From: a virus
Taxonomy: Duplodnaviria > Caudoviricetes
Virus record (IMG/VR): IMGVR_UViG_3300001348_000041
Location: 1-35,867 of that record
DNA: 35,867 nt
Strand: one strand, 5' to 3'
Shown: positions 28,763 through 35,867 of the stretch, in pieces
How the letters are laid out: each line of letters starts with the position of its first letter
How positions within the stretch are numbered: the stretch's first letter is position 1
Translations under genes and position numbers: made by a program
The notes under the pieces: generated by a model
Seen by the model: only the letters and a program-made list of their open reading frames with translations
Told to the model about the DNA's origin: nothing
Databases searched by the model: none

Positions 28763-28969
28763 ATGCGTATCATTGCAATTGCATTCGCATTAGTTTTGTC
28801 TGCTTGTTCCACCGTTGATGCAACCATTGACGGTACTGGTGGTATTATCAAAGGTGTCGGTTCAGATGTCTTTGGTGTAACCGCTGGTGTATTGGATGTG
28901 ACATCAAATCTTATTAAAGATGTTGCAGAAAAGACTGGAACTGCTGCTACAGCACCCGAAGGGGAATAA
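28763..28969 (+). CDS. Small lipoprotein (entericidin-like architecture)
   Basis: RBS aggag, signal peptide MRIIAIAFALV, lipobox LSA-C, Gly-rich amphipathic mature part. Confidence 0.75.
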   Translation: MRIIAIAFALVLSACSTVDATIDGTGGIIKGVGSDVFGVTAGVLDVTSNLIKDVAEKTGTAATAPEGE

Positions 28970-29035
28970 GTAAGGAGAGTGGTGCGCTGAAAACGCACAA
29001 GAGTAATGTTATACCGGCCAAGGACGGCACTTAAA

Positions 29036-29057
29036 GAAAACCCCTCCGAAGAGGGGT
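29036..29057 (-). terminator. Terminator downstream of the tRNA
   Basis: The minus strand reads cccctc-ttcg-gagggg-ttttc. Confidence 0.8.
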
Positions 29058-29065
29058 AGAGAGAT

Positions 29066-29137
29066 TGGAGCGGAGCAGAGGACTTGAACCTCCATCTTTA
29101 GGTTGGACACCTAACGTAATCATTATACTAACTCCGC
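29066..29137 (-). tRNA. tRNA-Gly(UCC), atypical (G33, shortened D-loop)
   Basis: GCGGAGT/GCTCCGC acceptor stem, U73, encoded CCA, anticodon arm TTAGG-TGTCCAA-CCTAA, T arm GGAGG-TTCAAGT-CCTCT. Confidence 0.85.
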
Positions 29138-29150
29138 ATAATATGTGTAT

Positions 29151-29180
29151 ATTATAACACAAACTCTAGTTGTTTGGCAA
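29151..29180 (-). promoter_or_regulatory. Sigma70-type promoter for the tRNA
   Basis: TTGCCA-N18-TATAAT with an extended -10 TG, ending 13 nt before the tRNA 5' end. Confidence 0.65.
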
Positions 29181-30152
29181 GGAATATTTTACTAATTGTT
29201 TTAAACTTTCTTTACCCTGTTCTTGTGGTAAGAAACCAAGAAGTCTCACGGGGAATGTAGTCAACCCACAATACTCCAATGCCTGTCTGTGCGTGCTTAA
29301 CTGATCAACAAATCTCTTTCGTTTGATCTCTAGTGTCGCCTTTGAAGTCGGTGCGCCTACATGACCAATAAGGTTGGTAAACTTACCCGTCTCCATGTAA
29401 CGATTAACAGCCTGCATGATAACACGATACTGATAACCTTCACCGATACATACACCGTATGCGTTGGTTTCCTCACTAAACTCACCACCGATAACATGTT
29501 CTACCGCAGAGTGGTTAGATACCCAATCCTGTACTTTAGGGACAGAGGTATATAGGATATACGGTTGTGGCGTATCTGCCTCTTCCATAACCATTTTCAC
29601 TACACGGTTACGACAGGTCTTATCTCGTGTCTTACCGTAGATTCTAATGAACTCTGCGGTAATCGCCTTCTCTGTATTCTTGATGCGACCATTTGCAACT
29701 TTGCGACTCAGGTGTTTACGCATATCGACTTCTTTGTTTAGTCGCTTGGGATATCCCTCGTTCTCTTGTGCCTGTACGTCTTCCATCTGTTCTGGTGTAC
29801 CAGAGAACAAAGTAAAGATCCACTCTGTTTGTCCCAAAGCACGAATCGCTTCGGATCTACCGTAACCATATACAAGGACGTATGGTTTATTGAAGGCCGC
29901 ACCACGATAATAAACTGCGGGTGGAAACTCTTGGGAATCGACACCGTCAGCGAAAGACAACCTAAGTTGTTCGATCTCAGCTCCAGTGTGGGTGTCTACC
30001 TTACCTACATTGCCAGTGATATCATCAATATGAATCTGGTCAAAAGATAGTACAATGTTTTGTACGGATTCTACACCAAGTTCAGTGTAGTCGGGTAACG
30101 CGATATTGTCTAGATTTGTGTTGATATAATCAGCTAATGTTATAATAGCCAT
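29166..30152 (-). CDS. ParB/Srx-like N-terminal domain protein
   Basis: I..L..SF..G....PPAV....YVLVYGYGR..A...LG resembles the ParB/Srx GxxR core. Confidence 0.55.
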   Translation of the reverse strand: MAIITLADYINTNLDNIALPDYTELGVESVQNIVLSFDQIHIDDITGNVGKVDTHTGAEIEQLRLSFADGVDSQEFPPAVYYRGAAFNKPYVLVYGYGRSEAIRALGQTEWIFTLFSGTPEQMEDVQAQENEGYPKRLNKEVDMRKHLSRKVANGRIKNTEKAITAEFIRIYGKTRDKTCRNRVVKMVMEEADTPQPYILYTSVPKVQDWVSNHSAVEHVIGGEFSEETNAYGVCIGEGYQYRVIMQAVNRYMETGKFTNLIGHVGAPTSKATLEIKRKRFVDQLSTHRQALEYCGLTTFPVRLLGFLPQEQGKESLKQLVKYSLPNN

Positions 30153-30233
30153 GGTATTTCTCCTATTGGATTAAATTAAGTGAAGTAGAAGACTCATTGA
30201 GAATCCTAAAACACAATAGTATATATAAGAATA

Positions 30234-31364
30234 TTATCTTATAATATCGATATCGTCTGCATTGACGTTCCAAGTCTCTACTTGTCTACGCAAACGACCA
30301 TCACCCTTGAGTTTGTCATAACGCTTGACGGCATTCTTTCTCCACCATGCGGTAACACCCTCAAGAGAGAATCTGTCAAAGTTCTCTTTCTTGATCAATG
30401 TATCTGTTTCTAGATTCAAATACGCAGGGACATTGTCATACCCATAGGTAGACACGAAAGAACGTTTACGTTCCGTCAGTCCCTTTGCATCCGAATAAGT
30501 TTGACAGAACTTCTTATAGGCATTCTCATCATGTACCTTGAGAGAGGCTTTGATAATAGATGCCATCTTGGTCTGTGTTTTTAGTTTACGAGATGAGGCG
30601 TCCACAGGAACCAAGGGTTCACCACCATTCTTTTCAATGAACCATGCACTTAGTCTGCGGTAGGTGTCGTCATTGATTAGTGGTAAGAAGTTTGAGTCTG
30701 TCAAACCATTGAACCGCAGAAATGGTTTCATACCATCATACTGCGATGCAGACTTTGTTGACCCATATAACGAAGTAGTCTCGAACATGCAGAAGTTTGA
30801 ATTGTACTTCTTGTTCAATGCCTCACGTGTGTGGTGGGAACAACAAATTGCGGCCAGTAACTTACCACCAAGATAGTTGTAACCAAACGGTTGAGTCGGT
30901 ACAATGTTGAACCCCATGATTGCGGAGTCATTGAACCGTTTCATTACGTCTGGATTCATACTGTCTAGTGGTCGTCCTAACCATTCGTTCCGTGGTCTAC
31001 TATTAATAGTAGGAGAACCGAAACGAATCATACCAACAACACTGTTAGTATTCTTTTCCTTGATAACCCACTTCAGTCCCTTGCCAGGAATTGATGCTTC
31101 CACAGGTGCGGACGTGACAATCTCCATGTAGGACATGAACTGTTGTGCGGGCGATTCTTGTATTACAAACTCCATCTCGGACGGATGGATATCGAAGTTG
31201 CTGAACAGATCTTCTTCTGGCCCCATGCCAGGCAGAGAGTACGGAAAGGATTCCATACGTTCCATCTTGATCTGTCTCATGTATTCATCGATGCGTTCTA
31301 TGTTTCCAAAGAACTCATCAAAAGCATTTGCTGCGTATAACGCATCTTTATGTTCTAAAATCAT
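30234..31364 (-). CDS. DUF4338/DruA-like protein
   Basis: G.I.FGSP...R..WLG, P..P..YNYLGGKLLA and ETTSLYG...SQY motifs, recalled from the DruA/DUF4338 family. Confidence 0.65.
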   Translation of the reverse strand: MILEHKDALYAANAFDEFFGNIERIDEYMRQIKMERMESFPYSLPGMGPEEDLFSNFDIHPSEMEFVIQESPAQQFMSYMEIVTSAPVEASIPGKGLKWVIKEKNTNSVVGMIRFGSPTINSRPRNEWLGRPLDSMNPDVMKRFNDSAIMGFNIVPTQPFGYNYLGGKLLAAICCSHHTREALNKKYNSNFCMFETTSLYGSTKSASQYDGMKPFLRFNGLTDSNFLPLINDDTYRRLSAWFIEKNGGEPLVPVDASSRKLKTQTKMASIIKASLKVHDENAYKKFCQTYSDAKGLTERKRSFVSTYGYDNVPAYLNLETDTLIKKENFDRFSLEGVTAWWRKNAVKRYDKLKGDGRLRRQVETWNVNADDIDIIR

Positions 31365-31389
31365 TTACTTTCCTCATCATCTGTTACAC

Positions 31390-31418
31390 ATTATACAGTA
31401 TGTAGCAAATTAAGTCAA
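31390..31418 (-). promoter_or_regulatory. Sigma70-type early promoter for the DUF4338-like gene
   Basis: TTGACT-N17-TATAAT upstream of the RBS (gagg) and ATG at 31364. Confidence 0.8.
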
Positions 31419-31451
31419 GCGATATTTAAACGATCTTTGAGTTAGTTATCG

Positions 31452-31459
31452 TATAAATA
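31452..31459 (+). promoter_or_regulatory. T4-type late promoter
   Basis: TATAAATA upstream of gp3. Confidence 0.85.
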
Positions 31460-31480
31460 GAAGGATACAGGAGAACATTA

Positions 31481-31972
31481 ATGGCAGAACTAACAACAAA
31501 CAAAAACTACTTGCAACCTACTGGGTTTCGTGTTATAATTAGTAGGCAAAATTACCCGAACCTTGAGTACTTTGCACAGGGTGTGACGCATCCGGGCTCT
31601 ACCGTTTCTCCGTTAGAACTTGGTACGCCACGCATAACGTCTATTCCATTAGCGGGTGACAAGATCACATACGGTAGTCTTGCCTTGGATATTATACTGG
31701 ACGAGAACATGACATCATATAAAGAGATGCAGTCTTGGTTAGAGGGAACGATCAACTCCCCTCAGACATCTAACACTGATGCCCAATTTAATCCGTATCA
31801 GGATATCGTGGTAAGTATCTTAACGAGTCATAACAACTCCAATACGCAGATCCTATATAAAGACTGTATACCAACAAACATTAGTTCTATACAGTTGCAG
31901 GCGAATACATCGACTGTACAATTCTTAACCTTCAACGTGGAGTTTAGATTTTCGTCATTTGAACTGAGGTAG
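31481..31972 (+). CDS. gp3: Tail completion (tube terminator) protein gp3
   Basis: N.LQPTGF, YF.Q....PG, GDKI.YG.L and DENM..Y.E...W motifs; position before uvsY. Confidence 0.85.
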   Translation: MAELTTNKNYLQPTGFRVIISRQNYPNLEYFAQGVTHPGSTVSPLELGTPRITSIPLAGDKITYGSLALDIILDENMTSYKEMQSWLEGTINSPQTSNTDAQFNPYQDIVVSILTSHNNSNTQILYKDCIPTNISSIQLQANTSTVQFLTFNVEFRFSSFELR

Positions 31973-31973
31973 T

Positions 31974-32621
31974 ATGAAATTTATTGAAGTGAAGAACCAT
32001 CGTGTTCTTGATATATTAGAAAGATTTCGTTATTTGTATCGTGAGAAATATGATGTTACAAAAACAAGTGATTGCATGACAAGTCATATTGACAAAGGCG
32101 ATCACTTCACATCCGAACAATACCTAGACGAATTAATGAAGAAGGGATCAGACCATGACGGTCTGCCCGCAGCTGCGTACTCGCATCCAATAAAACCTCA
32201 ACACTATAATCAACCGGATGCTGAAGCGAAGGCGTTGTACGAGAAAGACTTCAATGAAATCAACGATCGACTCAAGACAGAATTGGGTCTACATTCTTCC
32301 GCATTGTCTCAGTTGTATCCACCTAAAGGATTTATAGACTGGCACAATAACGCAAATGCGTCATCGTTCAATGTCATATTTACATGGAGTGAGACCGGAG
32401 ATGGTTGGTTCAAATGGGTAGATAACGGAAAGATAAATACTATGCATGACAAGAAAGGTTGGTCGTGTAAGGTAGGATACTTTGCAAGTTACGAAGAAGA
32501 AAGACCAGTCATATACCATTGTGCGTACACTGACTGTTATAGAATTACATTGAGTTTTACATTAGGGTATGATCAAGACTATTGGTTAGATATGATAGAC
32601 TATATAAAGAATGAGGAATAA
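31974..32621 (+). CDS. 2OG-Fe(II) oxygenase-like protein, HxN variant; paralog of 12321..13034
   Basis: YPPKGFIDWHNNANA, FTWSETGDG.FK, DK.GW..K.GYF.SY.E and YHCA.T.C.R.T.SF are shared with the earlier copy. Confidence 0.6.
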   Translation: MKFIEVKNHRVLDILERFRYLYREKYDVTKTSDCMTSHIDKGDHFTSEQYLDELMKKGSDHDGLPAAAYSHPIKPQHYNQPDAEAKALYEKDFNEINDRLKTELGLHSSALSQLYPPKGFIDWHNNANASSFNVIFTWSETGDGWFKWVDNGKINTMHDKKGWSCKVGYFASYEEERPVIYHCAYTDCYRITLSFTLGYDQDYWLDMIDYIKNEE

Positions 32622-32624
32622 ATT

Positions 32625-33074
32625 ATGAAGTTAGATTTAGAATTGATATTGAGTGAGTGGAAGACAGACTGTCAAATCCCTACACATCAACTGGACGAAA
32701 CGTCCCGTAACACTCCGATGTTACACGCAAAATATTTACAATACCTGTCCACAGCCAAGTTGTCCTTAAAACGTGCCGATCACGTACAGAAGATTCTGTT
32801 GAAAGATAAGTGGTTGTACTACAATGGCAAGATGGACGAGAACACCCTCAAACATAAAGGGTGGGAACCAGACCCGTTCAACGGTTTGAAGATACTGAAG
32901 GGCGAAATGGAACATTACTACGACTCCGATCCGGAAATTCAACGTAGTGAAGAAAAGATTGCGTACCTAAAGACTGTAATTGAGACACTTAATGAAATAG
33001 TAAATAACCTTAACTGGAGACATCAGACGATCGGAAATATGATCAGATGGAAACAATTCGAGGCAGGAGCATAA
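32625..33074 (+). CDS. uvsY: Recombination mediator UvsY
   Basis: W..D..I....L......P.LHAKYL, YY.GK and I.N.I.W..F.AG motifs; adjacent to uvsW. Confidence 0.88.
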   Translation: MKLDLELILSEWKTDCQIPTHQLDETSRNTPMLHAKYLQYLSTAKLSLKRADHVQKILLKDKWLYYNGKMDENTLKHKGWEPDPFNGLKILKGEMEHYYDSDPEIQRSEEKIAYLKTVIETLNEIVNNLNWRHQTIGNMIRWKQFEAGA

Positions 33075-33075
33075 G

Positions 33076-33321
33076 ATGAAGTATATAGTAGTAGGAACAC
33101 CCGTCTGTGGATATTGCAGACAAGCGAAGGATCTACTGGAACGTAAAGGACTAGAGTACGATTACCGTGATCTGACGCAAATCGCATTGTCCGAACAGGA
33201 ACGGTTGATGTCGGTGGCTGGTCAAGTATTCCGCACTGTTCCTCAGATCTTTACCGTAGAGGGTGAAGAGTGGAACCACATTGGTGGATACACGGAGTTG
33301 AATAAGTCCCTCAATGGATAA
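33076..33321 (+). CDS. Glutaredoxin
   Basis: CGYC active site, TVPQIF and IGGY motifs. Confidence 0.92.
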   Translation: MKYIVVGTPVCGYCRQAKDLLERKGLEYDYRDLTQIALSEQERLMSVAGQVFRTVPQIFTVEGEEWNHIGGYTELNKSLNG

Positions 33322-34810
33322 CAACATTACCATAGGATTGCAGAGTCACTCACTATTAATGGTGCAGTGTAATGCACATCAAGCGCAAGAGTTACGAGAT
33401 TACTTCTCGTTCTTTGTGCCTGGCCACAAGTTTATGCCAGCGTTTAAGGCAAGACGGTGGGACGGGAAGATTAAACTATTCAACATGGTGACTAAGACGT
33501 TGCCTGTTGGACTGTACAAACATCTGAAGAAATTCTGTGCAGATAGGTACTACCCGTTACAGTTGATGGACAGTGATGAGTTTGGTCATCCAGAGATTAA
33601 GAACAAGGTTGACCACCCATCTTTGATGAAAGAACTCAAAGACTACGAACCACCATTCGAACCACGGGGTTATCAGTATGACGCAATCGTCCACGGTATA
33701 GAAGAGAAGAGAGCGTTACTGTTATCTCCGACAGGATCAGGTAAGTCATTCATCATCTATAATCTGATGCGATGGGTTCAAGAACGAACCGAAGGTAAGA
33801 CACTCATTATTGTTCCCACTACAAGTCTAGTGGAACAGATGTACAAAGACTTTGAAGACTATGGTTATGATGTACAGAATAATGTACATCGTATCTACTC
33901 CGGTAAGGAGAAGGTAACAGATAAGAGAATCATCGTATCTACATGGCAATCTATCTACAGATTCCCCCCAGAGTGGTTTACGCAGTTCGACTCTGTGTTT
34001 GGGGATGAGGTACATCTATTTAAGGCAAAGTCTCTATCTACGATGATGGACAAGTGTGTCAATGCTGAATATAGATGGGGTACGACTGGTACACTAGATG
34101 GTACTGAGACAAACAAATTAGTACTGGAAGGTTTATTCGGCCCCGTATTCACGGTGACTACCACCGTAAAACTAATGGAAAGTCAAACCTTGGCGGATCT
34201 GGATATATCAGTCCTGTTACTGCGGTACCATAACGACATCTGTGCAATGATGGAAGGCAAAACCTATCAGGAAGAGATCGACTATATAGTAACTAATGAA
34301 GACAGAGTTCGCTTTGTAACAAATCTCGCATTATCCCAAAAAGGGAATACTCTGGTGTTATTCCAGTTTGTCGAGAAACACGGTAAGGTCTTATTCGAGG
34401 CGGTACGCAACAAAGCAAAAGAAGACCGTAAGGTATTTTACGTTTCTGGTGAGGTCGATGCCGCCGATCGGGAACAAATTAGAGGCATCGTGGAGAGTCA
34501 AGATGATGGAATTATTATCGCTAGTATGGGGACTTTTAGCACTGGGATTAATATTCGCAACCTACACAATATTGTGTTTGCAAGTCCTTCAAAGTCTCAA
34601 GTCAAAGTTCTCCAATCGATCGGACGAGGACTGAGAAAGTCTGACAACAATGCAACGACCAAGTTGTTTGACATTGCTGATGACCTACACACAACAACGT
34701 ATAAGAATTTCACGTTGCGCCACAGTGCAGAAAGAATAAAGATATATAATAAAGAGAAGTTTAGACATAAGATTTATCCTATAAACTTGAAAGGGAAAAG
34801 TGATGAGTGA
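33314..34810 (+). CDS. uvsW: DNA helicase UvsW
   Basis: WDGKI.LF, SPTGSGKS, DEVH, TGT and QSIGRGLR motifs. Confidence 0.96.
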   Translation: MDNNITIGLQSHSLLMVQCNAHQAQELRDYFSFFVPGHKFMPAFKARRWDGKIKLFNMVTKTLPVGLYKHLKKFCADRYYPLQLMDSDEFGHPEIKNKVDHPSLMKELKDYEPPFEPRGYQYDAIVHGIEEKRALLLSPTGSGKSFIIYNLMRWVQERTEGKTLIIVPTTSLVEQMYKDFEDYGYDVQNNVHRIYSGKEKVTDKRIIVSTWQSIYRFPPEWFTQFDSVFGDEVHLFKAKSLSTMMDKCVNAEYRWGTTGTLDGTETNKLVLEGLFGPVFTVTTTVKLMESQTLADLDISVLLLRYHNDICAMMEGKTYQEEIDYIVTNEDRVRFVTNLALSQKGNTLVLFQFVEKHGKVLFEAVRNKAKEDRKVFYVSGEVDAADREQIRGIVESQDDGIIIASMGTFSTGINIRNLHNIVFASPSKSQVKVLQSIGRGLRKSDNNATTKLFDIADDLHTTTYKNFTLRHSAERIKIYNKEKFRHKIYPINLKGKSDE

Positions 34811-35231
34811 ATTGAATCCGTATGACATTAAACATATTAAGTTGTCTACAGGAGAAGAAGTCTTGTGTGAGATCATCGAGGAAGATGAATATGATCTAGT
34901 GATAAGACGTGCGTTGAAGCTTCAAACGGATATTGACGAAGAGGGTACACGGTACCATTCGTTTCGAACCTACATGACGTATCAAGATGATCCGGAAGTT
35001 TATGTTATCTTGAAATCAATACATGTGGTATCCGTTACTTACCCAAGTCCTACAATGATGAAACAGTACCTATACTCAATCAGTGCAGTCGAAAAAAATA
35101 GGATGATGGCTGATGAAGAAGAAGGTATGACTTCAGAGGACATTTACGATAGAGTACTGAATAGTATGGGTAGAGACTCTAATAATAGTAATGTATTACA
35201 GTTTCCAGATCCAGAGAAAACAGTTCACTGA
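34803..35231 (+). CDS. Conserved T4-like hypothetical protein (possible Sm-like N-terminal fold)
   Basis: IKLSTGEEVLCEI start; usual position between uvsW and gp55. Confidence 0.6.
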   Translation: MSELNPYDIKHIKLSTGEEVLCEIIEEDEYDLVIRRALKLQTDIDEEGTRYHSFRTYMTYQDDPEVYVILKSIHVVSVTYPSPTMMKQYLYSISAVEKNRMMADEEEGMTSEDIYDRVLNSMGRDSNNSNVLQFPDPEKTVH

Positions 35232-35267
35232 ATTTTACATATACTGACTGGCAGAAGAAGTGCTTCT

Positions 35268-35296
35268 ATTATACAGATGCCCGCAACTTCTGTCAA
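35268..35296 (-). promoter_or_regulatory. Perfect-consensus sigma70 promoter facing antisense into the uvsW region
   Basis: The minus strand reads TTGACA-N17-TATAAT. Confidence 0.75.
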
Positions 35297-35314
35297 GCGA
35301 TTAATGAGATAATT

Positions 35315-35722
35315 ATGAAAAAGATTGGATTTACATGTTCCGCATTTGATTTATTACATGCTGGTCATGTGTCGATGTTGAGAGAAGCAAAAGATCACTG
35401 TGACTACCTTATCTGTGGGTTGCAAGTGGATCCTTCTGGCCGTAAAGGCAAAAACAAACCTATCCAGACGGTAGTCGAACGGTACGCACAACTCAAGGCA
35501 GTTGGTTACGTTGATGAGATTATTCCATATGGGGGTGAAGAAGATCTAGAGGACATTCTTAATATGTACAGTATTGATGTCAGAATACTTGGTGACGAGT
35601 ATAGGGATCAAGATTTCACTGGTAAGGACATATGTCGTAAACGTGATATAGACTTGCACTTCAACCGTAGAGACCATCGATTTAGTTCTAGTGATCTACG
35701 AAGACGAGTGTGTGAAATTTAG
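35315..35722 (+). CDS. Cytidylyltransferase (TagD/glycerol-3-phosphate cytidylyltransferase-like)
   Basis: FDLLHAGH (HxGH), ER...L....VDE and R.HRFSSS motifs. Confidence 0.88.
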   Translation: MKKIGFTCSAFDLLHAGHVSMLREAKDHCDYLICGLQVDPSGRKGKNKPIQTVVERYAQLKAVGYVDEIIPYGGEEDLEDILNMYSIDVRILGDEYRDQDFTGKDICRKRDIDLHFNRRDHRFSSSDLRRRVCEI

Positions 35723-35725
35723 CGC

Positions 35726-35754
35726 TGGACTTCTCAGCGAAAGTGTGTTATAAT
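35726..35754 (+). promoter_or_regulatory. Sigma70-type promoter for gp55
   Basis: TGGACT-N17-TATAAT with an extended -10 TG. Confidence 0.65.
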
Positions 35755-35779
35755 ATGCAAAATAAACGAGAACGATGAT

Positions 35780-35867
35780 ATGAAAGTTAAACCTAAAGAA
35801 AAACCGCATTACGTAAACAACGCTGAGTTCTCTCAGGCAGTCGTGACTTATGTTAGTCATGCACGAA
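35780..35867 (+). CDS. gp55: Late-transcription sigma factor gp55, 3' partial
   Basis: Translates as MKVKPKEKPHYVNNAEFSQAVVTY. The HYVNN.EF motif and the position after uvsW fit gp55. Confidence 0.85.
   Translation, partial: MKVKPKEKPHYVNNAEFSQAVVTYVSHAR

Overview
This window is part of a large T4-like myovirus genome, probably from an aquatic phage of a Gram-negative host. It carries the conserved virion module (gp13-gp23), then gp3, uvsY, glutaredoxin, uvsW and the start of gp55, with T4 late promoters (TATAAATA), sigma70-type promoters, UUCG hairpins and one atypical tRNA-Gly. The main discovery is two paralogous giant repeat proteins (1709..4936 and 4992..11099). Their 4-residue repeats form a nested, mirror-complementary pattern at the protein level: [FY]xG[ND] tetrads in one half lie opposite STRT/RxSx tetrads in the other, and 2-residue bulges line up. 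In the larger protein I traced this register by hand over about 160 tetrad pairs, which suggests one very long self-pairing antiparallel hairpin fibre. A possible chaperone, a GT-A glycosyltransferase and an unusual HxN 2OG-Fe(II)-like oxygenase follow directly, suggesting a fibre assembly and modification system. All family calls come from motif recognition and gene order, not database searches.
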